Below, piece by piece: positions 1-13,063 of a stretch of DNA of 55,648 nucleotides (positions are counted from its first letter, which is position 1; each line of letters starts with the position of its first letter). The notes below the pieces were generated by a model, which searched no databases, was not told where the DNA came from, and saw nothing but the letters and a program-made list of their open reading frames with translations. The position numbers and the translations under genes are program-made. The stretch is from Geosiphon pyriformis uo1 (lineage: Eukaryota; Fungi; Glomeromycota), in contig JAAOMT010000737.1 in the NCBI GenBank assembly GCA_016748015.1, positions 2,860-58,507 of the forward strand, read 5' to 3'.

Positions 1-659
1 AATTGCAAATTTGATTTTAGTAAAAGACTTCATATATTATTTATAAGTAAACTTAATTAATATGTACAATCGACCAGATAATTTTTATAAATATATTTGT
101 TATGTTTAGGATTATTTTACAAAGTTTTTTTATATTATAACTTTTTTTTTTAAAGAAGCAAAAAAATAGCAAGCTTTCTTTTTCAATTTTTTACCACATT
201 TGGACTTTTAACTATTTTTTAAACCAATAATAAAAAAGAGTTTACAGTTAATATAATTAGAAAATTAACAAAAATATGATCAATTATTTTTATTATAAAT
301 AAATACTCAAGATATTTTTAATTTCAAAAATTAATTAAATAAGCAAATAATATATTTTAACAAAAATTTTCAAAATAAATAGAGAATAAAAAAATTAATA
401 ATTGGTTGTATGATTTATATTGAGTAATATATAAAAAATATTATTTTTATATTGGTTAAATTATTTAAATAATTACTAATTTATTTTTATATTTAAATAT
501 AATAAACATAAAAGTTTTTATAATTACTAACTTTTTATCTTATCAAATAGTGGTTGAATAAAAATTTTACATAAATTTTTTTTTTTTGAATTTTTTTTTG
601 AACAATCAATTATTTAAGAAGAAAATCTTTTTAATAACTTAAATATAAAGCCAGCTAAT

Positions 660-2533
660 AAAAAATCAATCCAACAAAAAATTAAAAACAATAGTAACTA
701 ACAATAAAACAAGTTACAACAACAAGATAATCAGTAATAACAGTAAAATAAATAGTAACAAAATAACCAACAGCAACAAAAGCAACAAAATAATAGATAA
801 CAAGATAATTAGCAGTGTTATAAAATGATTTTCTTGATTATTTTAATTGCCAATATCTTATTTTAATTGCAATCAGTCTTTTATAAGTTTCTCAATTCTA
901 TTTGTGTAATAATATTGATATTTATACTAAAGACTTTCTTTTGATGTCATATTTTTTAATTTTAATTGTTGTATATATTTATGTATTTTTTCTTAGAAGC
1001 TAAACTGAAATTTACCCACTGTTTGGAATCTTTTTTGAGGCTATCTTTGCAATTGTCTAATGTGTTACTTTAATCTAAAAACACAGAATATTAATAGTTT
1101 TTAGCACTTTTTCTAATTTTTACAATAAAGCTTTTATCAATTAGTAATAATATAAATAATCTTAATCAGAGATTATTTTTTTAAGAGATTCAGCCAATGA
1201 ATAATAGTTTTATTTAATAAATAATACAAGTAAGTTTCTTAATATATTGAGTTGTGATAATTCAGTTTTTAATATTTTTTTCATTTTTTTTTATTAAAAA
1301 TTTTTGTGAATATTTATTTTAAAAGTAGAAACTAAAAAATAATTAAAATAGAACTGTTAGATTAAATGTTTTATAACTTGTTTTTATGATTTGTTTTATA
1401 ATTTATTGTTTTTTTCAAATATTAAAGCTACTGTATATACATGTTTGTAGTTCTATAAGAAAACATATTATAATACTTTTTTTTTGGTATTGTAATTTGG
1501 TGTTTATTATTATCATTAATTAGTGTTAACTACTATTATCAATTAATATTGGCCATTATTACCAATTAGTGTTGGCCACTATTATGAACTAGTACTTACC
1601 ATTATTATAAAATAGTACTTGTCATTATGTTAATTATTATTTTTCTAAGATTATTATTGTGCTATATTATGATTAGATAATTTATATTATTTTATAATTT
1701 TTTTGCTAAATTTTTAAACTGTAATAGCAGTAACAACAAAATAATATATAACAAAATAATTAGCAATAACAATAAAAAAATAGACAACAAAATAACCAGC
1801 AATAATAGCAAGATAATAAGTAACAAAATAACCAGTAACAACAAAATAATACATGACAATATAATTAACAACAATAATAAAATAACAAATAATAATATAA
1901 TTAACAATAATAAAAAGTTAATATAAAACAAAATAATTAGTAACAGCAACAAAATAATCAACAGTAGTAATAAGATAATATATAACAAAATAATTAACAA
2001 TAGCAATAAAATAATAAATAATAAATAATAGGATGATCAGTAGCAACAATAAGATAATAGACAACAAAATAATCAATAATAACAACAAAATAATATATAA
2101 CAAGATAATTAACAGCAACAAAATAATAGATAACAAAATAATTAACAGTAACAACAAAATAACCAATAACAAAATAATCAGTAATAGCAGAAAAATAACT
2201 AGCAACAAAATAACTAATAATAACAACAAGATAATAAATAACAAAATAATTAGCAGCAGTAACAAGATAATATATAACAAGATAATTAGCAATAATAAAA
2301 CAATCAATAATAAAATAATTAGTAAAAACAAAAAAATAACCAGCAACAAAATAATTTATAGTAACAACAAAATAATAGATAATAGAATAAATAGCAGTAG
2401 TAATAAGATAATTAGTAACAAAATAATAAACAACAAAATAACCAATAGCAATAATAAGATATCTAATAATTGTAACAGAATAACTAAAAGCAGTGGTAAT
2501 AATTATTAAACTAGTAACAATAACATAATATAG
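660..2533. repeat. Degenerate A/C-rich minisatellite (units like AACAAGATAATTAGCAGCAAC / AACAAGATAATAGAC), interrupted by a solo LTR at 816-1726
   Basis: Dozens of imperfect tandem copies at about 660-815 and 1727-2533. They generate the Asn/Ile- and Leu/Ile-rich ORFs in the track. The left edge is approximate. Confidence 0.85.
816..1726 (-). mobile_element. Solo LTR C0 (family C), heavily decayed
   Basis: TGTTATAAAATG...ACTGTAATA termini; colinear with the LTR at 11424-12297; perfect TSD GCAG at 812-815 and 1727-1730; no internal sequence. Confidence 0.93.
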
Positions 2534-3189
2534 TGTTATGGTTAAAACTCATACTTTTTATTAGTTAACACATATATTAGCCACTAATATCATATAATTA
2601 GCCACTCTATTTTTAGATAGTGATCATTGACCTAGCTGTTGACTTGATTATTAACCATTTTTGATAGCTATATAAGCAATAAAACTCTTAGCTGTAAAAA
2701 AACATGTCAGAAATCAAGGAAATAAAATAAATAAAATAACAACTTTTATCTCAATTCTTCTCTTATTGCTAATTTCCCTTTTTCTATCTTCAAGTATCTG
2801 AATATCTTGGAATAAAAAATTATTTGTTGGTTATTCCCTATCTTTTTCCTAAAAGGTGTAATTGTAGCATTTAAAAATTATTAAATAAAACATGACTGAA
2901 GAGTATATTTGATATCTGATATTGAATTTTAAGAGCACCAATGTGAGGCATAGAATTATACCAGTGTGTGATTATTTGTTGACAGTATGAACTATTTCTC
3001 TACCTTCAAATTTTTTGGTTATCTTTTAAAAAGTATAAAAACTGAGATATTTTATAAAACTAATTTCGCACATTGGATTCATACTTATTTAATTTGCTCT
3101 TTAAAATTGAATTCTCTTTGATTCCTTTTATCACCTTATAATCCTGTTTTCTCTTGCTATCCATTAGCTTATTACTTCAACTTGTAACA
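2534..3189 (+). repeat. Element A 5' LTR (656 bp)
   Basis: TG...TGTAACA termini; TATATAA box near 2670; matches 9487-9524 plus 52436-53081. Confidence 0.92.
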
Positions 3190-3195
3190 TAAAAG

Positions 3196-3212
3196 TAGTG
3201 CTCTTTGTGAAA
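3196..3212 (+). promoter_or_regulatory. Primer-binding site of A (decayed)
   Basis: TAGTGCTCTTTGTGAAA starts 6 nt after the LTR and differs from the D PBS TGGTGCTCCCTGTGAGG only by C>T/G>A changes. Confidence 0.7.
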
Positions 3213-3241
3213 TTGTTAAAATTCACTTTGTTTTCTATTGT

Positions 3242-6200
3242 ATGAGTAATTATTCATATCTGCTACAACAATCAAAAAATTACTTTGAAGCATACAACAA
3301 AAATGATCTAGACTTTATTAAAATTAATCTTTTGCTCTTTTGCTTAATTTGCTTCTTCATTGAAAAACAATCTAGTAGACAATTCCAAAACTTTTGAAAC
3401 TGGTTTCTGAATGAACATTTAGCTGAAACCTATACAGCTTATACAACCTATTATTTTAACCAAACTTATCTTGAAGACAACTTTGAAGAAAGAAACAACA
3501 GCATTAATTAACTTTTATATTCCACAACTTTTAAACAACAGCTCCATGATTTCGAATACTTAAATCACCAAATTCACATGTGGATTGCTGTCTACCAGTT
3601 AGCTGAAACACCTTTTGAAACAGAAAAAAAAAGCTATTAAACCACTCCTGTTTTTGATCTTTTTTCAAGTGAATCAAAACATTCCACACAAACAGCTACT
3701 CCTAAACCAATAGCTAATAACCCTATACAACAAAACATTCTAATTGCTCTCCAGAGTATACAAACTGCTTTAGGGTAAAGAAACAATACCTCATTAGTAT
3801 TATTTAAAGATAATGTACAAGATCAAATTAAATGGTTGAATGATTTTGAAAGAGCTGCCACAGCCAATTAATATAATAATAAATACAAGTTTCAAATAGT
3901 TGGTGGCTACTTTCAAGGCTTTTCTGCTACTTGATTCTCACAAAAAACCAATGCCAATGCTTAGCAAAAAATTATTAAATAGACATCAGCAAATGCTGAA
4001 GAAAACAACATCTCTTTTACTATTTGGTTTGAAATAAAATTTAGAACTTCTATCTTAATATCCAAATAGCACATAGAATTAGAAAAAAGAACCCAAAGTT
4101 CTGGTAAAGTTGTAACTAAATATGCCAAAGCAATCAAAAAGTTAATTAAGAGGGTAAACTCTGAAAAAAATTGAACAGAAAAGCAAAAAATTCACTTCTT
4201 CACAAAAGAATTAAGAACTGATCTTTTATATGCTTTTTGGCCTCTTCTGGTCTTAAAAAACAATTCCATAATGGATATGGCCCAACAAATTGAAGACAAC
4301 CAAAGGATGCACTTGGAATTCACATTTTTAGTTTTTACTCTTGCTTTTCAAATAGCTGCCACTTCTTTTGCTGCCCAAACTCCAGATTCCAATAAACAAT
4401 TAATAGATAGACTCACAGCCAATCTTGCCTGGTTACTAGAACTCTTAGCACAAGCAGTCAGAGATAATCAGCAACTACAAAGACCTAAATTTGAATTCCA
4501 TTTTAATCAGCTTCAACAACCCCCTTATCAAAGACAACAAAATTGTGGCCTACCTGTATGTTACTGCTGTGGATTAACTGAATATTTCTCCAAAGATTGC
4601 AACAATTTTTCTTTATCTTCTCTAGTTCTCAGAAACAATAACAATTAAAACAACAGAATTATTAACAATAATGTCTTTAATCAAAAACCCAATTATGTCA
4701 ACATCAATTTCTTTGAAGAAGATCCCTTAGTTAAAGCCATTGTTTATAAGTTTTTAAACTGATAAACACACCTCCAAAAAGTGAGAGTACAAGCCAACCA
4801 GAAAAAAACCTTTTTTACGCTTTTAACTTAACTAATAATAATTATGACATAGATAAACTAACAATCAACACTTCTGAATCAACAAAAAAGAAGAAAAAAA
4901 CCAAGATTGATTTCGTTTTGGATCCAAATAAAGCCTCCATATCAACTACTAAAAACAATAAACCATCAAAGACTAAAGTTTTTAAGAATTCTCCAAAATT
5001 GAAACCCCCAGAAATAGTACAAAAATTTGGTCCTTATTCTGTTGTTAAAGATCTTATGAAAATCCCAGCTCACATTACTTTTGGCCAGCAAATGACCCAT
5101 CCACAATTCAAAAAAGATCTTTACAAATCTTTGATTCTAAAAAAGAAGACACCAAAAACCAACAAGTGTTCTCACCAAGCTAAACTCACTAACAACAGCA
5201 ATGTTACTCCTCTAATTTGCAAAGCCCAAGTGGCTGGCTACTTTATTAATTTAATCTTAAACAGTAGATCATCTGTTAGTGTTATTGCCAAACATTTTTT
5301 TGAAGCAATTGGCAAAAAGATTGATGAATTCTTAATTAGACCAATAATTAATATACATGGCAGCAAAAAAAAGAACTGAGTATAACCAAAGCAGTTTTTG
5401 TTCACATCAATGACATCAGCATTGAAACTAACATAAAAGTATTTAAAGCAAAAAAGTACACCATAATTGTTAGCAATGAGTGGCTCAAAAAAGCCAAAGC
5501 ACTACTTAACTATAAACTTTGTAAGCTAACCATCAGATGTAATAAAAAGCCTATTGTGGTTAAATGCTGTTATTGAACAATTCTTTTAGTACCCAAGAAG
5601 AATCAAAAAAATGAGCAATCAGATGAATTAGATAATAATAAGAGTAATAAAGAAGAAGATCAAGAAAAACAAGAGAAAACTGCTGAACTTGCTTATATTA
5701 TCTTCACCAGCAATGGCAAGCCACTAGACAATATCAAAGCTGACAGAAAAGAAATCATTGTAAATGACAAGCTAATTTGCTGGCCCTACTATGATATTCT
5801 CAGAAGAATTTTTGATAGAAAGCCTGACAAGAAAGCAAAATACAGTTATTGATGATATGATCTTTGTGCCTGGTGCTAGTGTAATAAACTCTTGTATTCT
5901 CCTAGTGATAAATATAAATTCTGCCTAATTTACTACAAAAATTGGGAACTCATTAGCCTAATATTAAGAGAAGAACTAAGAAAAGTACAAAAGTTTTTTG
6001 AAAGTAAACTATCTAAGATTCAATCACTTATAGTAGAACAAAAAGAACTCTTCTCTGAAGAAAAAAAAGTAAACATTAAAAATCTGTTGGCTAGAAATAG
6101 TCTAGTTATCACAAAAAAAAATGAAACTTCTGGACAAATCCATGTAATACAACACATTATCACCACCAAAAAAACTTGTTCTATCTATTTAAAGCCTTAT

Positions 6201-7441
6201 TAATCCAATTGACACAATGATAAGTTCATCAAAAAAGAGATAATCCAAATAAAAAATCTTGAATTTATACAAAAAACCAAGAGTGAATGGGCTTTCTCAG
6301 TTGTAGTGGTATTTAAGAAAGGTAGAACCCTATGCTTTTGTGTCAACTACCATCAATTAAATGTTATTACTATAAGAGACATATACTTATTCTCCAAAAT
6401 TGATGCAATGTTAGACAAATTTAATGGTGCTACTTTCTTCTCAATCATTGACTTAACTGCTGGATTCTGGCAAATAAAAATGGATCCAAAAAGCAGAAAA
6501 AAACTGTTTTTATTACTAAGTATGGTATCTACAAAGTCACAGTCATGTTTTTTGGTTTTATCAATGCTTCTCCTATCTTTTAACACCTAATGAACAAAGT
6601 ATTTGAATCAATAAAAGAAAACTTTGTTCTGGTTTATTTGGACGACATAATAGTATACTCAAAAACCTGGGATAAATACTTTAAACATTTGCAAAAGGTT
6701 TTTGATCTCCTTAAAAATGCTGGCCTTAAGATAAATTCAATTAAATTTTTTTTTAAACAACAATCCACCCAGTTCCTTGGTTATTTTATTACAAAAGATG
6801 GAATGTTCTCTGATCCAGCCAAAGTTGAAAAAATCCAAAACATTAAACAACTCATGAATGTTATTGAACTATGCTCTTTTCTTGGTTTGGCTTTTTATTA
6901 TCACAAATTTATTAAGAATTTTTCCAAAATCGCCTTCTCTTTTAATTAGCTACTCAGAAAAAATGTCAATTATCATTAAAGCACTCATCAACAAAAAGCT
7001 TTTGAAACTTTAAAAGAAAAACTTGTTACTAAACCAATCCTTAAACAACCTGACTTGGACCAATTTTTTATCCTGCACATTAATATATCTGGCTATAAAC
7101 TTGGCACTATTCTCTTTCAAAAAAATGAAGATGACAGAGAATATGCTATAACATATGCCAGTAAAACTCTCATACCAGCAGAAAAAAACTATTTAGTTAC
7201 TAAACAAGAATGCTTAGCAGTAGTTTGGGCTACTACTTACTAGAACCAATATTTTTTTGGTGTAAAATTCCTAGTAGTAACAAATTATCAAGTCTTGGTT
7301 TGGCTGTACAATAAAAAAAAGTTAGAATATAAATGAATAACTCACTGAATATTTCACTTGGATGAATTTGACTATAATATTTAACACTACAAAAGAGCAA
7401 ATCATCAAAATGCCAACACTCTCTCTAGACTTACCATTTAA
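3242..7441 (+). pseudogene. Element A Gag-PR-RT-RNaseH (decayed)
   Basis: CCHC-like knuckle CYCCGLTEYFSKDC (about 4555-4600); protease LILNSRSSVSVI (decayed DSGS); RT IDLTAGFWQI and YLDDIIVYS; RNaseH NYLVTKQECLAVVWA ... NANTLSRLTI-stop; many premature stops. Confidence 0.9.
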
Positions 7442-7507
7442 TAATAGTACAATTTCTCAATCAAACTAACTTAATTATTTATAATACTTTTATAAACAAA
7501 CATAACA

Positions 7508-8820
7508 ATAGACTTGGACAACTACTTTGTTTTAATAAAATTTTTGGGTAAAGAACAATACCCACCAAAATACACTTAACAGCAAAGAAAACATTTATGC
7601 AAACAATCAAATTTCTATTTGATTTGCCAAAACCAATTATATAAAAAAAATAAAAAAGATCTTAATTACTCTCAAAGAGTCATTAGATTTGAAAAAAAAG
7701 AAATTGTAATATATAACATATATACTGACCCATTAGCTAAACACTTTAGAAAAACAAAAACAATTCAGAAAATCTTAGCTTACTATTATTGGCCTATCTT
7801 GAAAAAAAACATAGCTGAGTATATCAAAACCTGTAATATCTACCAAAGAAAAGAAAATCCAATCACAAAGAAGATATTCATTCAATTTCTGTTGGTCAAC
7901 TATTTAACAGAATTAGTATAAATGTTGTTGGGTTCTTAATAATAACTCTTAATAGCAACAGATATATTATTACAGCTACTAACTATTTTACAAAATGAGT
8001 AGAAGCAAGAGTTATTTCAGACCAAATAGCAGTATTAATTGCCAATTTCATATATGAAGATATTATCTGCTATTATAACTGCCCCAAAAAACTTTTATCT
8101 AATAAAGGAAGAGTTTTTTTTAGTACACTAGTTGAAAAACTTTGTAGAAAAATGGAAATATGTCATAAACTTTTCTCCTCTTATCACTCTTAAACAAATA
8201 GCCTATTAGAACATTTTAATAGAACACTATGTAAAACCTTAGCCAAAACCAGTAAAAAAACAAACTTATAGGACAAAATACTGCCTTTAGCTTTGTTTGT
8301 TTATAAAACTGTAAACCATAACATAACAAGTTATGAATTTTTTTATCTGCTCTATAAACACATGGCAACACTACCAATAGAAACTAACATTGAAACAATA
8401 CTTTTTGAAGAAATTACAATAAGAAGTTATAAAGACATTTTACAAAAAAGACTTGGTATTATTCTTGACTCATTGATAGAAGCACAAATAATTGTCTTTA
8501 AAAAAATAAAACAATTCCAAAAAAAGCTTAAGAAAAAGAAAACTTATAAAACACTTTCTTTAAGTGTTGGTAACTTAATATTAAAATACTATTCAGACAA
8601 AAACAATGTCTATGATAATAAATTCTCTAGCTGGTAGAAAAAACCCTTTTTAATCAACAAAGTTTTAAACAAAGATTCTTATATTCTTCAAGATTAATTC
8701 AGAACAATCTTCAATGATTATTCTGTTTATAATACATGACTTAAGAAATATTATAAATGATCTAATTATTTGTCTGTTGTAGTAATACTGACTCAAATAA
8801 TTAGCAAAAATCAAGTATAA
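7508..8820 (+). pseudogene. Element A integrase, separate ORF (decayed)
   Basis: HHCC remnant (H..YYWP..YIKTCNIYQ), DDE core remnant and GPY/F-like region; the start is ATA, inferred to be a decayed ATG. Confidence 0.85.
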
Positions 8821-8861
8821 ATAAATGCACTATTCTCAAAACAGAGATATTTTCAATTGAC

Positions 8862-9477
8862 ATAAATAATTATTTCCTAGATCAAAACATTCAAAACACT
8901 TTCTATACTCTTCATGAGTATTGAATTAAAAACTATCCAAATGCTATTTTGACTATTAAAAAACAGACCACCATAATTAATAACAATGAAACACATACTG
9001 TTATTAGACCTAAAAAAACCACTATCAGAAGAAAAAAAATTGGTAACAAAATAAATAAATATCTGTTGAAAAGTATAACAGCAGTTATACTCCCACTTTT
9101 TAAAACAATTAAAAAAACAATTCAAAAAATCTTGCCTATAGACAAAAATTTGTCATATGAAAAACAATTAAAACTCTATGATTGCCTTGGTGAAATCATA
9201 GAGAACATAAAACTAATAAAAAAAACAACTTTAGAGATACAAAAAAAAATTTTGGGCATTATATGGTTAGATGTTCCAAGAGTTTTAACTATTGCTAAAA
9301 GAGCCAAAACTCTAATACAAAGATTTGGTTTCTTGGATACAAAGCTTATTTCATCTCAAATATTATATATCTTATCTATTAAAAACTTTAATAAACTAGT
9401 TAGCTTTGAATTAAACAAACTCTTCAAATAGATTATCCCATAAATAACTTGATTTTGCCAGAGCTTAATCTCTTTAG
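8862..9477 (+). pseudogene. Element A ORF3, unknown protein between IN and PPT
   Basis: Track ORF 8949-9431 extends upstream past one stop. It occupies the same position as ORF3 of B, C and E, with weak similarity (LYDCLGE vs CYYQLEK). The start is inferred. Confidence 0.6.
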
Positions 9478-9486
9478 AAAAGATAA

Positions 9487-9524
9487 TATTATGGTTGAAA
9501 CTTATACTTTTTATTAGTTATTAC
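9487..9524 (+). repeat. Element A 3' LTR, left piece (preceded by PPT AGAAAAGA-TAA)
   Basis: TATTATGGTTGAAACTTATACTTTTTATTAGTTA matches 2534-2567. Confidence 0.88.
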
Positions 9525-10290
9525 TATTACTTATAAAAAAAACATACAAAAAAATAGTAGGAAAAATAGATAAACCAATAAAAAAATAGTAGTTAATATG
9601 TAAGCATATTGCTTAAGAAATTATAGTGTATTGCTTGAAAATGTGAGTAATCTTGTAGAACTCAAATTATGTATATATAGCAAGAACATTAAAAGCAAAA
9701 AAGACAAAATCTTCAGCTAAAATTAATATTAAAATCAAGTAAAAACATATTAGTTAAAATTATTAATATCAATAAATAATTATTTATTATCTAAATTACT
9801 CTTCCCACTATTAACACTTTATGTTGATAGTTTCTAATACTTAATTACACTAGACCAATAGCTCTTGATTATAGCTATTGATAGAATACTAACTCTTTAT
9901 TGTCTTGGCTTATTTCTTTATTTTCTTTATTTTTCTATTTTCTTTTTTTTTCTTTTGTTTTATTTACTAATTGATTAAAGATAAAAATATAGAGTTATTA
10001 ATGTCAAAGTGACTGGTAAAAGACCCAAAAATAAGAGTAAAACATTCAAAAATTGAAGATATCTTACCAAAAAAATTACTGGTCATTATGCTGAAAAATA
10101 AATTCAATGAAATTGCAATTCTGAGAAGTAATAGATAAAACAATACTTGAATTTCTGTCCATTATACAAAGAACTTAATTAAAACCTTTAGACAATCAAA
10201 ACCTTCAAATAATACCAATTATATCAAGCTATTGAGCATTAAGTTACAGATTTGTTATTTAATTTGAGATCCCAAATATTATCTGTAACA
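9525..10290 (+). repeat. Element B 5' LTR (766 bp)
   Basis: TATTACTTATA...CTGTAACA; TATA box, AATAAA and T-rich U5; followed by PBS TAGTGCTCTTTGTGAGA at 10293-10309. Confidence 0.92.
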
Positions 10291-10352
10291 TTTAGTGCTC
10301 TTTGTGAGATATAATTTTACAAAGAACTAGCACTAATAACAACTATCTAAAA

Positions 10353-11423
10353 GTGGCAGAATCAGAAAGAATAGAGACAAACCATTTAGGATTTGCTAAA
10401 TTCTTATTTCAACATTACTGTTAACACTTAAAATTAACCAGCAATCACCTATTTACAGAATTAGCTTTTAATTTTTATATTAACAAAAAAATTTCTTATT
10501 TTTTAGGAGCACCAATAGATATTAAATCAGCAAGAAAAAATTTTTACAATAAATTAATTCAAAACACTAGCTTAGTAGTAAATCATAATTTTGCATCCAT
10601 CATTACTAATATCAATAGAAAAATTAAAAATCACACTCAACAAAGATATTTAATCACTTACACAAACAAGAACAAAGGAAAACTACAAACACTAACAGTA
10701 ACACCTTAAAAAATACAATTACCTACTTGGAAAAAAACAAGAGTTGAATTACTAACTAATTTATTATACTACTATATACCTGGAAGTACCATCAACATTT
10801 TATTAACAAGTACATTCACATCAAATGCAAAAACAGCATTAGTCCAACTTTTGTTTTAAAATAAACAAAAGAAAGCAGAATTATTAGAAACTTACAGTAA
10901 TTATTTTGAAGAATTTAATTCATAATCACCAATATTATCAGAATTCTGATTACCACCATCTCAACCAGATTTCGGAACTGCAAGTCTTTGAAAAGTAACA
11001 GAATCAGAAGAAGAGAATAAAAAGCAAGAATTTAACTATAAAAAACCAATCCCAAAAAACCTGAAAATCCAAACTTTGATTGTTCTAACTCAGCAAAATC
11101 AAAACAATCCCAACTCTGATATTACTAATTAGCAAAACTTACCTCCAGTAATTATAATTGATTCATTACCAGTTGCTGTACTATCACAACAGCCATAGCC
11201 ATAATCTTAACAACAACTACCACCACAACAATTTCAACAATAGCTACAACAACCAATGACCTATGCTTCAATTGCAAAACTTGAAAAATTCACCAACAAA
11301 GAGAATAATGCCCAAGTCTGATTGAACAGCATCATTAAAGCAATCATGGCAAATAACTAAAATAATGTCAGAGCACTTCAAACAATTTCATATTTTCTCT
11401 AAAATATTGCCAATTTATGGTAT
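10353..11423 (+). pseudogene. Element B gag, 5' part (GTG-led extension plus start of capsid domain)
   Basis: Homologous to D and E gag; MTYASIAKLEKF at 11256; interrupted by C1 at codons W-Y. Confidence 0.85.
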
Positions 11424-12297
11424 TGTTACGAGATGGTTTTCTTGGTATATTTAATTGCCAATATTCCATTTTAATTGCAATCAGTCTCTCATGAGTTTCT
11501 CAATTCTATTTGTGTGATAATGTTACTGTTATACTGAAGGCTTTCTCTTTAATGTCATGATATAAGTTATTTCTCAATTCCTGATTGTTGTGTGTGTTTA
11601 TGTACTCTTTCCCAGAGGCTGAACTGAAATTTACCTGCTGTTTGGGGTCTTCTTTGAGGCTATTCTTGCAATTGCCTGATGTGTTTCTCTAATTTAGAAA
11701 CACAGAATGTTAATAGTCTTTAGCATTTTTTCTAATTCTCACAATAAAGCTTTTATCAATTAGTAACAATGTAAATAATCTTGATCAGGGATTATTCTTT
11801 CAAGGGATTCAGCTAATAAATGATAGTTTCATTTAATAATTAACACAAGTGAATTTCTTACTACTTTGGAGTTGTAATAATTCAGTTTTAAATATTCTTT
11901 TTCATTTCTTTTTGATTTAAAGATTTCTTGGAATATTTAATTTAAAAGTATGATTTAAAGTAGAGTTTGTTAGATAAATTGGATTTTTTGCTTGATAAGT
12001 TATGATTTTTATTACTTGATTGACTTTTCTCAATATTAAAGCTACTGTATATATATATGTTTGTAGTTCTACGAGAAAACACATTGTAATACTTTTTTTT
12101 TAATATTTCAATCTGGTGTTTGCTGCTATTACCAGTTGGTGTTGGCTGCTATTGTAAACTGGTGCTTGCCACTATTGCGAGATGGTGTTTGCTATTCTGT
12201 TAATTATTACCTTTCTAAGATTATTACTGCACTATATTATAATTGAATAGTTTATATTATTTTTATGATTCTTTTTCTAAATTCTTAAACCATAACA
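11424..12297 (-). repeat. C1 3' LTR (874 bp)
   Basis: TG...CA termini; minus-strand PPT AAAAAAAGGGA-TAA abuts at 12298-12311. Confidence 0.93.
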
Positions 12298-12310
12298 TTA
12301 TCCCTTTTTT

Positions 12311-12979
12311 TCAAGATTGAGCTCCATCGAAATCGAAGTTAATTTCTTCATTAAATTCTAAGTTACTATAGTGGTCCAATACTGTGTTATTAATTTATTG
12401 TTGTAATTCTTGAAATTGCGAGTTGGTAAGTAATCCAATACTATTGGTTGTTATTATGTTTATGATTGGGTCCAACAATAGTTTGTGACAGTTTTCAAAT
12501 GCTTTGAAAATTCTGTAAACTGTTTTTGAATAGAATGTAGTGTTGGTTTTTCCAATGAAAGGTTCCAATAGCTGGATTGTTGTTTTGTCAAACATTTTAG
12601 TTAAGTCTTTTGAGTATAATGTTTGTATGTTTAAGTGCTTTCCTAGTTAATAATAACAGTAGTTAATTGGAAATTTCGTTTTCAAGTTGCTAAATGTGTC
12701 TGGTGTTAATTTAATTATTTCTATTTCTTCTATTATTAATGTATTGCCCAATGCTATCTCTAATTTTTCAATAATTTTGCTAATAAATTTGTTGTTATGT
12801 TTGGTAATATTATATGGTTTAAAATTATGTTCTTTTTTTGTTTTTGGATTTTCTATTGTTCTTTTTATGTATGTTATTTTGGAGCTATTAACTGTGATTT
12901 TCAGATCGGATTTTAATTGTTGTAAGCTTTTAACTAATTGTTGATCTATATTGTTGATGTTTTCTGGAATAAGTATCAT
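12311..12979 (-). pseudogene. C1 ORF3 (223 codons, a few premature stops)
   Basis: MILIPENI...CYY*LGKHLNIQTLY...VYRIFKAF...DFDGAQS-stop in one frame; near-identical fragment in C2 at 18000-18353. Confidence 0.8.
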
Positions 12980-13063
12980 TGTTTTAATTTTGACTGCTAT
13001 TTTGGAATCTTTTGCATGCATTTTTATGGTTGTTAAATCATTTTTGCTGTGATCTAAGATTAT

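Noticed and set aside
1692-2509. Leu/Ile-rich and Asn/Lys-rich ORFs that look like membrane or repeat proteins
   Set aside because: They are translations of the minisatellite on both strands, and one crosses the solo-LTR boundary.
1727-2533. Possible CRISPR-like array
   Set aside because: There are no constant repeats with unique spacers, no cas genes, and the context is eukaryotic TE.
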